This document shows positions 19,086 to 28,204 of a stretch of 60,451 nt of DNA, piece after piece. The stretch covers positions 1 through 60,451 of the forward strand of contig DAORGN010000004.1 in the NCBI GenBank assembly GCA_035340095.1, given 5' to 3'. Each line of letters begins with the position of its first letter. Within the stretch, counting starts at the first letter, position 1. The notes below the pieces were generated by a model. That model was not told the origin of the DNA and made no database searches. It saw only the letters and a list, made by a program, of their open reading frames with translations. Both the position numbers and the translations under genes were made by a program. The DNA comes from Pseudomonadota bacterium. GTDB taxonomy: Bacteria; Myxococcota_A; Polyangia; Palsa-1104; JAEUJZ01.

Positions 19086-19787
19086 ATGTCCATCCTCAGT
19101 CGGTTGGGGAACCTGATTAAGTCGAACCTCAACTCTGCCGTCGATAAGTTGTCTGATCCGGCGAAGGAAATTGACCTTCTCATTCAGGAAATGGAAGACG
19201 AGCTTTCGCAGTTGCGCGTCACTTTACGCGACCAACTCGTGCAAGAGAAGCTCGCACAGAAAAAAGTCGATGAGGAATACCGCAACGTCCAAAAGTGGCA
19301 AGACCATGCCGAGCGGGCGGTGCGGGCAGGCGATGACGAGCTGGCCAAAGAAGCGCTGCGACGACGGGTCGAAGCCGAAGCCAAGCTTGAAGCTGCGGAA
19401 CGGACCCACGCCGAGCAGTCGCGTCACGTTCAAAAGCTATCGGACGATCTGAAAAGCGGCGATCGAAAGCTGACCGAGATCAAGTCGCGCAAAGAATCGC
19501 TCAAGTCGCGGGCGCGGGCCGCCAAACAGGCCAATGATCCAGAAGGTACCGCGATGGATCGATTCAATCGCTTGGTCGCCGAAATCGAAACCCAGGAAGA
19601 ACAAGCGGCGGCGATGGCCGAGCTTGTGCCGGAGCTGGGTTCGCAGAGGCAGAACGACCGCGATCGCGAAACCGAGGAGCGCTTCAATCGACTGCTCGGG
19701 CCGGGCAAAGACAGCAAAGAGAGCGACATCGATTCCCGACTCGCCGCGCTCAAAGCCAAGCAGCTTCCCGCCAAATCCGACAGCTAA
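19086..19787 (+). CDS. pspA: PspA/IM30-family protein
   Basis: MSILSRLGNLIKSNLNSAVDKLSDPAKEIDLLIQEME, coiled coil, AGDDELAKEAL, RLAALKAK. Confidence 0.9.
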   Translation: MSILSRLGNLIKSNLNSAVDKLSDPAKEIDLLIQEMEDELSQLRVTLRDQLVQEKLAQKKVDEEYRNVQKWQDHAERAVRAGDDELAKEALRRRVEAEAKLEAAERTHAEQSRHVQKLSDDLKSGDRKLTEIKSRKESLKSRARAAKQANDPEGTAMDRFNRLVAEIETQEEQAAAMAELVPELGSQRQNDRDRETEERFNRLLGPGKDSKESDIDSRLAALKAKQLPAKSDS

Positions 19788-21751
19788 GCGCGCTTTTGCC
19801 ACTCGCTGCGCGTCACCACCGGAAGCTGCAAGCAGCGCTCGCGTTCCAGATCCAGGTTTCCCAGATGCAGCGACAGCGGCGCCTGCACCCACTTGTAAAT
19901 CGCCCGCGCAAACAGCATCACAAACTTGTTGGCAAAGCCGCGCAGACGGTCCGCCGGGTATTCCGGAAACATGTCAAAGAGCACGTCGGCCAGCTCTTTG
20001 GCATCGAGCTTTTCCGCCGCGTGCAGCGCAATGCAGGCATCTAGCACCGGGAACGGCATCAGATCGCGCTCATCCTGCTGATCCGGAGCCAATTCCGCAG
20101 TGGCCGGAATCGCGATGGTCTGGCGAATCCCGTCGAGCTTTTCGGTTTCGAGCAGATAATCGAGCAGATAATTTACGACCGTCTTTGGCAGGTTCGCAAT
20201 CACCGCCAGACAGCCCATCAGGTCGCCACCAATCGTTGTATAGCCCGCTGCTTTTTCGCTCATGTTGCCAGTCTGAAGGAACAGACCTCCCACGGCGTTC
20301 GACCAGTTCCACATCCGCTCGGCGCGCAGCCGCGCCTGGATGTTCTGCACCGTAAGCTGGGTCAGTTCTTCGCCCGGATGCAGCATCTTTTGGGTCGCTT
20401 CGACTTCGCGCGCAAACGCATCTTCGATCGACAGAATCACAAAAGGAATCCCAAGCTCCGTCGCTGCGATCTCTGCGGCACTGCACGTAGCGGAAGAGGA
20501 ATAGCGCGTCGGCATGTAAAAGGCGCGCAGCATGTCTGCCACCTTCTGTTTGACGACCGCTTCCCCTTGGGACAGATGGCGTCGCGTAACATAGCGATGC
20601 GCAATCAGCAGACAGAGCAGGCTGTCGCGACCACCGGAAAGCGCCACGCCGATCTGTTTGAACGCGCCAGTCTTTTCAAAGTAATCGCCGACGCCCATTG
20701 CCATCGCATCAAGCAATTCCTCACAGAATGTGCGGCGCGGATCGGCAGGGACAGAAGGAGAAGGCAAGAAGAAGTTGCGATGGCTTGGGAAGGGATAACA
20801 GAGCTTGCTCGCAGAGCCAATCGCACCGACGGAAATGACCTGCGCGCCACAGGTCGAGGAATCGCGCCGCACGCCACTTCCGCTCTGGGCCAAAGTACGT
20901 GAAAGGAATTCCTCGCGATCCATCCGCCAGGTTGTACTTTCGGTGCGCAGCCGCGTCGTCCGCCGCAGATCGACCGTACAGACCGAACCACCTTCGACAA
21001 AACGCGGCGCTTCATGCAGGAAGCGGCCATTTTGGCAGACAAAGCCACCCCCATCGAAAATCAGTCCGTCGTTCGCTCCTACTGCATTCACATAGACGAC
21101 CGTGACGTTGTTGTCACTTGCGCGCGTTGCGACCATTTCTCGACGGGTTGACTGCACACCAATGCGAAACGGAGACGCCGACAGATTTACGATAAGCTCC
21201 GCCCCTTGGTAGCTGCGCCGCCGCATCGGACCGTCGGGAGACCAGATGTCTTCACAGACTTCCAGCCCTACCCTTCCGAAGTCGCAGTCAAACAGCAAAT
21301 CGCCAAACGGAACCTGTCCACACGGTCCCAGATCAATCTCTGCATACAGACCGGGGAAGCCGCGCGCGAGCGTCCGCGCTTCGTAAAACACATTGTAAAG
21401 TGGCAGCTTTTCCTTGGGAACGACACCAAACACTTTCCCTTGGTAAAGGAATGCGGCGCAGTTATACACCTGCTCAAGTGACTGTACGAGCACACCACAG
21501 ACGATCGCCATCGGCACCTGTGCCGTCGCCTGCGCCAGCTTGAAAAGACCTTCCGCTTGCGCAGAAACAAAGCCTGGCCAAAGCAGCAGATCCTCTGGAG
21601 GATAGCCGCCAATCACCTGCTCTGGCAGGGCTGCAATTGTCACTTGCTGATCGGCAAGCTTGTGACAAATTCCGATCGCGCGTTCCACATTTGCATCGGT
21701 TGCCCCGACGGTGGTGTTGACATTCCCAAGACCCAGCCGAAGTAGTCTCAT
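19784..21751 (-). CDS. nadE: glutamine-dependent NAD+ synthetase
   Basis: Nitrilase-like domain (LPE, EKLP, EVCED) plus synthetase GVALSGGRDS, NIQARLR, TGNMSE, ATAEL. Confidence 0.95.
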   Translation of the reverse strand: MRLLRLGLGNVNTTVGATDANVERAIGICHKLADQQVTIAALPEQVIGGYPPEDLLLWPGFVSAQAEGLFKLAQATAQVPMAIVCGVLVQSLEQVYNCAAFLYQGKVFGVVPKEKLPLYNVFYEARTLARGFPGLYAEIDLGPCGQVPFGDLLFDCDFGRVGLEVCEDIWSPDGPMRRRSYQGAELIVNLSASPFRIGVQSTRREMVATRASDNNVTVVYVNAVGANDGLIFDGGGFVCQNGRFLHEAPRFVEGGSVCTVDLRRTTRLRTESTTWRMDREEFLSRTLAQSGSGVRRDSSTCGAQVISVGAIGSASKLCYPFPSHRNFFLPSPSVPADPRRTFCEELLDAMAMGVGDYFEKTGAFKQIGVALSGGRDSLLCLLIAHRYVTRRHLSQGEAVVKQKVADMLRAFYMPTRYSSSATCSAAEIAATELGIPFVILSIEDAFAREVEATQKMLHPGEELTQLTVQNIQARLRAERMWNWSNAVGGLFLQTGNMSEKAAGYTTIGGDLMGCLAVIANLPKTVVNYLLDYLLETEKLDGIRQTIAIPATAELAPDQQDERDLMPFPVLDACIALHAAEKLDAKELADVLFDMFPEYPADRLRGFANKFVMLFARAIYKWVQAPLSLHLGNLDLERERCLQLPVVTRSEWQKRA

Positions 21752-21799
21752 GCGATCTCCGCGTGTCTGCCCAAAAGAAAAGCAACCATTGTGCTTGTT

Positions 21800-23248
21800 C
21801 TACATCGTCGACAGCAGTTCGTCTATCACATGCACCAGCCGATTCGATAGTTTGATAGGCCAAGGTGCTTCCGCAGAACCCGACGTCGCGACTTCCAGTT
21901 TGCGCAGATGCGCCGGCAGAGCAGTACGCTGCGCTGAGACATGATCGCGGGTTTCCGTGAGCGAAGGAAGCGGTGACACCAGCTTTTTGCCTCGCCACAG
22001 CGGCTGAAGGAGGGGCGTTCCGCCCGGTCTTGCTGGTTCATCATGAAGCGTCAACAGATCATGATCTGGGAAACGGTAGACCTGCAAACGGCCCGGCAGT
22101 GTGGCCTTTCCGGAACCGCGCGCAAGCTTCATCGTCAGCTTTCCAGTCGCATTTTGGACAAGCTTCCCAACAGCTCCTATTCCCGTCGCTGCGTCTGGAC
22201 TACAGGAGATGTTTTCACCCACTCCGAAACCATCGCCGCCGGCTGTTGCCAAATCGCGAACGCGGTATTCATCCAGACCATCTGACAAAAACAGCTTGGC
22301 GTGTGGCGCACCCAGATCAGAAAGCAGCTTGCGGGCTCTGCGAACAGACTCCGGAGTCACCCCGGAATCGAGCCGCACTCCGGCCAGTTTTCCGTCGGTA
22401 GCGCGCACTGCATTTTCAATGCCGCGGAACGTATCATAGGTATCAACCAACAGCGTGGCATGGCCGGGAAATAGTTCACAGAAACGGCGAAAAAAATGCA
22501 TCTCTGTTTCCGCAACCGGAGTCTGCAACCGTTCACAAGCTTGCACCGCAAAGTGATCCATGGTTCCCACCGAAGGAATCCCATGACAGTACGTCGCCGC
22601 CAGGTTGCTCGTCGCTGAACAGCCCGCAATATAGGCAGCATAAGCGGCATCGATCGCAGCCATCGGATGGGTCCTCCGCTGACCAAAATCAATCACCGAT
22701 CGCAGGACTCCGTCATGTTGGGCAGCCGCTACCACACGCGAAGCCTTCGACGCCACCATCGACATGTAGTTGATGCGCGACAGCCACGGCGTTTCGATCA
22801 GCTTGCACAACGTGAGGTCGGTGCGTACCTGCAAAAGGGGCGTATAGGCAAATAGCGGCGTTCCGGACACGAGCAGCGGACTGCCATCTTCGCGCTGTGC
22901 CGGACCCGCAAACGCCAGCGTACCTTCCGGAATCGCGTCGATTTCACCATCAAAACCATCCAATCGCGCCAGCGCATCACGAACCAGCTGCCCCGTTTTG
23001 GTTGAAAGCGCCGGACCCAGAATCGGATGGGAATCGAGCAGCGCCAGCTCCTCCGCAGAAAAACGCAGCGACTGACAATGCTGGACAATGCTGCGCAGAC
23101 CACAACTTACGACGTAATTTCGCTGCTTGGGAAGCTTGCGGAAAAAGAAGCTCATCGCAAGCGGTCCGTCGGAAAGACGACCATCTGCAGCATGCGCAAT
23201 CAGCGTCGTCAGTTGATAAACATCAAGTGTCAGCGCAGACAGACTCAT
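21800..23248 (-). CDS. pncB: nicotinate phosphoribosyltransferase
   Basis: TLDVYQLT, DFGQRRTH, GTMDH, LLVDTYDT, GVRLDSG; ATGA-coupled to pncA. Confidence 0.92.
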   Translation of the reverse strand: MSLSALTLDVYQLTTLIAHAADGRLSDGPLAMSFFFRKLPKQRNYVVSCGLRSIVQHCQSLRFSAEELALLDSHPILGPALSTKTGQLVRDALARLDGFDGEIDAIPEGTLAFAGPAQREDGSPLLVSGTPLFAYTPLLQVRTDLTLCKLIETPWLSRINYMSMVASKASRVVAAAQHDGVLRSVIDFGQRRTHPMAAIDAAYAAYIAGCSATSNLAATYCHGIPSVGTMDHFAVQACERLQTPVAETEMHFFRRFCELFPGHATLLVDTYDTFRGIENAVRATDGKLAGVRLDSGVTPESVRRARKLLSDLGAPHAKLFLSDGLDEYRVRDLATAGGDGFGVGENISCSPDAATGIGAVGKLVQNATGKLTMKLARGSGKATLPGRLQVYRFPDHDLLTLHDEPARPGGTPLLQPLWRGKKLVSPLPSLTETRDHVSAQRTALPAHLRKLEVATSGSAEAPWPIKLSNRLVHVIDELLSTM

Positions 23249-23919
23249 GGTGCACCACCTTGCAAGCGGCTGCTTCTGCCGTGCAACACTCCGGCAGCGG
23301 AAAAGCGCGCGCTCGTCTCTTCCTCTTTGTCCGGAAACACTGCGCGCGTCAGATCATCGATCACAACCGCAGAAAATCCTTCCGCTATCGCATCAAGCGC
23401 GGACCAACCCACACAGAAGTCACGCGCCAGACCACAGACAAACACCCGGCGAATCCGCCGCGCATGTAGCAGCGCACCAAGCCCAGTTGTATGGCGTTTT
23501 CCGTCGGGACCGATGTTTTCACGAAACGCACTGTAGGAATCAATGTGCGGATAGGCTCCCTTGCGCAAAATGACACCCACCGAATCAAGTGGGAGTCCTT
23601 GATGAAGCGCAGCGCCTGGCGTCCCCTGCACACAGTGCACCGGCCACAGCGTCTGATCCGCACCATACAGCGGAATCGAGGAAAACGGCGACAGACCATG
23701 CTGTGCGGCAAAGCTCACATGGTTTTTAGGATGCCAGTCCTGCGTCGCCACAACAAAATGAAATCGCGGCACAAGCGCAGCGATCGGCAACACAACCTGA
23801 TCCCCCTCTGCGACGGCAAGTGGGCCACCCGGCATAAAGTCCGGCTGCAAATCTACCACCAGCAGCGCGTCATGCTCCCGATCGATTGTCCACACATCAG
23901 ATTGGGCCCCATCGGTCAT
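23245..23919 (-). CDS. pncA: nicotinamidase/pyrazinamidase
   Basis: ALLVVDLQPDFMPGG, TQDWHP, WPVHCVQGTPGA, DSYSAF, CGLARDFCV. Confidence 0.95.
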   Translation of the reverse strand: MTDGAQSDVWTIDREHDALLVVDLQPDFMPGGPLAVAEGDQVVLPIAALVPRFHFVVATQDWHPKNHVSFAAQHGLSPFSSIPLYGADQTLWPVHCVQGTPGAALHQGLPLDSVGVILRKGAYPHIDSYSAFRENIGPDGKRHTTGLGALLHARRIRRVFVCGLARDFCVGWSALDAIAEGFSAVVIDDLTRAVFPDKEEETSARFSAAGVLHGRSSRLQGGAP

Positions 23920-24100
23920 GGTCGTTCCTTATTGCTTCCGCGAGCTTTCACAACACGCTGCGGTCAGCCTGAAATAGAAAGATATCCGATTTGCCGCAAA
24001 GTGGTACGATCTCGACGGTCCCGACGCTCACTTGCGGGCTCCTGAATCGCTTTTGCCTTGTGCGATGAACTTCAATTCCCAATTGGCAGGAGAGATGTAG

Positions 24101-25552
24101 ATGAAAGACCGGAAGCGACTTGTATGGATATCTGCTGCGCTGCTGACTGTCTCGCTCTCAACGCACTGCGACTCTGGAAACACGATGGGAAATCCCCCTC
24201 CAGATCCGCCCCCTGAAACGCTGAACCTGACCGATGCATCCCCCAAGCTGATGAAAAACGGAGGAGGAACTGCGGTCACGCTCAAAGGAACCGGGTTCAA
24301 GACGGGTGCCACCGTCACAATTGGCGGCGTTGCCGCGCAAGATGTTGTGGTGGTTGATTCCTCAACAATCCAGCTAAAAAGTCCGCTCAAAGCCGCCACC
24401 TGCGGCACCGTGACCGTCGTGGTAACCAATCCCGATGGGAATGCCGCGATGCGCGGTGATCTGATCACGTTTTTGACCAACCGCGTGTCGTTTGGCGTTC
24501 CCAATCCGATCACGATGGGAACCTATCCGCGTCAAGTCCTGGCGGTTGATCTGAACAAAGATGGGAAAGTCGATCTGGTCTCTGCCAACAGCGGTCAAGC
24601 AGCCCAAGCGCTGGTCTATCGGCTAGGAAATGGCGATGGAACGTTTGGGAATCCGACTTCCTACACCGCAGGCAGTTCGACATTTGGCGTCGCTGCTGTC
24701 GATCTGAACAAGGATGGGAATCTGGACCTCGTGACCGCAAACAGCAACAGCAATGACATCTCTGTTCGCGTGGCCACAGGGGCCGGTACATTTCCCACAG
24801 CCAGCACCCAGTACGGAGCCGGTGCCGATACCCGTGCGATTGCCGCAGCGGATCTGACCGGGGACGGCGCTGCGGATCTGGTTGCCGTCAACTATGGCTC
24901 CGGAAACATCAGCATTTACAAAAACAACGGAGACGGAACCTTCGCTGCCCAAAGCAACTTGTCCGTCGGAGCCAGCCCACAACATGTCATTTTGACTGAC
25001 CTCGACAAAGACGGGAAGTTGGATGTGGTTACGGCGAATGCGAATGGCAACAACTTGTCGGTGCGGCTAGCGAACGGAACGCCATCGATCTTTGGTGCGG
25101 CAGCATCTGTTGCCGTGGGATCGAGTCCGTGGTTTGTGACGGCTGCGGACTGGAATGGCGACGGGAAAATGGATCTCGCGGTCGTCAACAACGGCATGAC
25201 TGCCAGTACCTACATGGTGTCGATTCTGCTTGGCGATGGGAAGGGAAGCTTTGCAACCCCGGTCAACATCGACATCGGAAACCAAACCGCACCGCGCGGC
25301 GCAGTGGCGACGGATCTGAACAAAGACGGAATCATGGATCTGGTCGTTGCGGGCTACGGAAGTAACACGCTCCCAGTGCTCATCGGCAAAGGGGACGGCA
25401 CTTTTGAACCCGTGCTTTCCGTCACTGGGCCAGCATTCCCACAATCGGTAGATGTCGCTGATTTTGACGGAGACGGAATGCCTGATCTGGTGGCCACTTC
25501 AAGCAGTACCGGTTCCCAGAACGTTGCGACGCTGCTAGGCCAGTGTAAGTAA
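24101..25552 (+). CDS. IPT/TIG plus FG-GAP (VCBS) repeat lipoprotein
   Basis: GGTAVTLKGTGF (IPT) and seven D-x-x-x-D-G-x-x-D-L/V repeats; signal peptide ending in Cys. Confidence 0.88.
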   Translation: MKDRKRLVWISAALLTVSLSTHCDSGNTMGNPPPDPPPETLNLTDASPKLMKNGGGTAVTLKGTGFKTGATVTIGGVAAQDVVVVDSSTIQLKSPLKAATCGTVTVVVTNPDGNAAMRGDLITFLTNRVSFGVPNPITMGTYPRQVLAVDLNKDGKVDLVSANSGQAAQALVYRLGNGDGTFGNPTSYTAGSSTFGVAAVDLNKDGNLDLVTANSNSNDISVRVATGAGTFPTASTQYGAGADTRAIAAADLTGDGAADLVAVNYGSGNISIYKNNGDGTFAAQSNLSVGASPQHVILTDLDKDGKLDVVTANANGNNLSVRLANGTPSIFGAAASVAVGSSPWFVTAADWNGDGKMDLAVVNNGMTASTYMVSILLGDGKGSFATPVNIDIGNQTAPRGAVATDLNKDGIMDLVVAGYGSNTLPVLIGKGDGTFEPVLSVTGPAFPQSVDVADFDGDGMPDLVATSSSTGSQNVATLLGQCK

Positions 25553-25642
25553 ACAAACCGACCGAAGGCAGCGCGACAAAAATCCCGCCACGCGCAAAAA
25601 AATCTTCTCTTGGGCCACGGTGCTGGCATCATGCCGCGCCAC

Positions 25643-27262
25643 ATGATTGCGTTTACAAACGTCACCAAACAGTACGGTGGACAGATTCTTTTTGTCGATG
25701 CGTCCTTTCAGATCAATCCCGGTGAACGGGTCGGTCTGGTCGGCCCAAACGGAGCCGGAAAAACCACGATTTTCCGTCTGATCATGGGTCAAGAAACCGC
25801 CGATGATGGGAGTGTCGAAAGACCGCGCAAGCTGACGCTTGGGTATTTCAATCAGGACATCTCAGGAATGCGCGGACGCACCGTTTTGCAAGAGACGGTG
25901 GCAGGGGCCGGGGAAGTGTCGACGCTGGGCGAGGAAATGAAAGTCCTCGAAGAACAGATGGCGCAAGGCTGCGACGATCTGGACGCTGTGGTCGCACGCT
26001 ACGGAGAAGTGCAAGCGCGCTTTATGGAATTGGGAGGCTACGACATCGATGCGCGTGCCCATACCATTTTGGCGGGACTTGGACTGACTCCGCAACAGAT
26101 CGAAGCCGATGTTGGGAATCTGTCCGGTGGTTGGAAGATGCGCGTCGCGCTGGCAAAGATCCTGATTCTGCAGCCCGATGTCCTGCTTCTCGACGAGCCA
26201 ACCAACTATTTGGACATTGAGTCGATCCTGTGGCTGGAAGACTTCCTGCGTTCCTATCCAGGTTCTGTGGTGATGACCAGTCACGATCGCGATGTCATGA
26301 ATCGCGTCGTCAAAAAGATCATCGAGATCGATGGCGGACAGATTCGCAGCTACACCGGCAACTATGATTTCTATGAACAGGCCCGTCAGCAGGAAGCTGC
26401 GCGACGGGAAGCAGAGTATGAACGGCAGCAGGCGATGCTGGCAAAGGAGCTGCGTTTTATCGAGCGATTCCGTGCCCAAGCCGCCAAGGCCGCCCAGGTA
26501 CAGAGTCGGGTCAAAAAGCTCGACAAGATTGAACGGGTGGAACCGCCGCGTCGGCTGATCGAGCGGGAGTTTGATTTCCGCAAGCCGGCGCGATCAGGGG
26601 ACGATGTGATTCGGGTGGCGGGGCTCCGCAAAGCATACGGAGACAAAGTGGTCCACCGCGGCTTGGACCTGCTGGTACGTCGCGGCGAGCGCTGGGCCGT
26701 GATGGGTGAAAACGGCGCAGGGAAGACCACGCTTTTGAAAATGGTGGCTGGGGTGCTAAATCCAGATGCGGGCGAAGTCACCGTCGGTGCATCGGTGACG
26801 CTGGGCTACTTTGCGCAACACCAGATGGAACAACTGGATGGCACCGCAACGGTGATTGACGAATTGCAATCGCACGCGCCCACAACAGGAATCGGCGTGC
26901 TGCGCAATCTGGCCGGTGCGTTCGGTTTTCATGGTGATGACGTTGAAAAACCAGTGCGTGTCCTCTCCGGTGGAGAGCGCTCACGGCTCGTGCTTGCGAA
27001 GCTCCTGTTCGATGCGCCGAACCTGCTGGTTCTCGACGAGCCGACCAACCATTTGGACATCGCGACCAAGCGGGCGCTTGTCAAAGCGCTGAGCAGCTAC
27101 CAAGGGACGCTGCTGTTTGTTTCGCACGATCGCGCATTTCTGCGCGCCATCGCCACGCGCGTGCTTGAGCTGACATCAAACGGTCCGCACATCTACGGCG
27201 GCACGTATGCAGAGTATGTCAGCGCCACCGGACACGAAGCCCCCGGCATGCGAACAAACTAA
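25643..27262 (+). CDS. ABC-F family ATP-binding protein
   Basis: Two ABC domains (GPNGAGKT/LSGGW/LLLDEPTN and GENGAGKT/LSGGE/LVLDEPTN), no TM helices. Confidence 0.95.
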   Translation: MIAFTNVTKQYGGQILFVDASFQINPGERVGLVGPNGAGKTTIFRLIMGQETADDGSVERPRKLTLGYFNQDISGMRGRTVLQETVAGAGEVSTLGEEMKVLEEQMAQGCDDLDAVVARYGEVQARFMELGGYDIDARAHTILAGLGLTPQQIEADVGNLSGGWKMRVALAKILILQPDVLLLDEPTNYLDIESILWLEDFLRSYPGSVVMTSHDRDVMNRVVKKIIEIDGGQIRSYTGNYDFYEQARQQEAARREAEYERQQAMLAKELRFIERFRAQAAKAAQVQSRVKKLDKIERVEPPRRLIEREFDFRKPARSGDDVIRVAGLRKAYGDKVVHRGLDLLVRRGERWAVMGENGAGKTTLLKMVAGVLNPDAGEVTVGASVTLGYFAQHQMEQLDGTATVIDELQSHAPTTGIGVLRNLAGAFGFHGDDVEKPVRVLSGGERSRLVLAKLLFDAPNLLVLDEPTNHLDIATKRALVKALSSYQGTLLFVSHDRAFLRAIATRVLELTSNGPHIYGGTYAEYVSATGHEAPGMRTN

Positions 27263-27299
27263 ACGCGGCAGCGACGGAGTGTCGTAGAACGGACAGACG

Positions 27300-28193
27300 T
27301 TACGGACGCTTCGCCAATCCATCGAGAAGCGGCCAAGCTTGGTCCAAATAACTGGTCTGCACCGGTCTTGCTGAAAAATCAGAATAGTCGCGCAAATCGG
27401 TGCCGCTTGGGTTGTGCGGTCGCTGGTTAATCAGCGTCATGTGCAGACACCACGAAGCGCCCGATGCGCAGCCCGCAGCGTCGGCAGGAACCACAATGGA
27501 ACCCGCCCGCGGCACAAAGGAATTCGCCAAGCTGATCATCCCCGCAGCATTCGGGGACAGCGTTCCGCTTCGACCGTCTTTGCTGTATGCAAAGAACGTC
27601 CGATACAACCGATTCACTGCATCCCACGTAATTCCGCCGCCGCCATCCAGGTTGAAGTAGACCGTCTTGTCGAAAGTCTTTCCCGTCGAATCAAACTTGC
27701 TCGTGTACAAAAAACCCAGCAGTTCGTTTGCAACATAAGAACCGCTGGAATGCGACGCGATGGTGATCAGCTTGGTACGACTCCCAATCTTTGGCAGAAG
27801 GTGCGCAATCAGCTTGGTGTTGCCAATTTCTCGTCGAACATAGGTCACATCCGCAGGACCACGCACCGCGTACAGGTGTCCGACTCCGAGCGCGGAAAGC
27901 CGGGCTGCGTACAGTGCATCGGTCCATGCCTTGCTCTGTGAATCAGATACGTTGTAGCCGGCATAGCCAATAAAGACATTTTCCCCCGCGTTGCCGGTGC
28001 CGCGGTAGTTTACTCCGACCCCAATCGATTCCCACACCGATGCTGCGGTGGTTTCAGAGACAGTCCCTTCGCTCTCTGTTTCCAGCGGCGTGAAAGGTCC
28101 CCCACAGCCCACAGAAAGCAGCTGCACAGCGCCCACAAAACCAAGCAGCAGCGACGATCGAGACAGCACAGAACGAATGTGAGGGGACATCAT
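27300..28193 (-). CDS. putative alpha/beta-hydrolase lipoprotein
   Basis: SVGC lipobox, nucleophile-elbow-like ASHSSGS, AGGAG SD; 11 bp downstream of the DUF3604 gene. Confidence 0.6.
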   Translation of the reverse strand: MMSPHIRSVLSRSSLLLGFVGAVQLLSVGCGGPFTPLETESEGTVSETTAASVWESIGVGVNYRGTGNAGENVFIGYAGYNVSDSQSKAWTDALYAARLSALGVGHLYAVRGPADVTYVRREIGNTKLIAHLLPKIGSRTKLITIASHSSGSYVANELLGFLYTSKFDSTGKTFDKTVYFNLDGGGGITWDAVNRLYRTFFAYSKDGRSGTLSPNAAGMISLANSFVPRAGSIVVPADAAGCASGASWCLHMTLINQRPHNPSGTDLRDYSDFSARPVQTSYLDQAWPLLDGLAKRP

Positions 28194-28204
28194 CGGGGGA
28201 ACTC

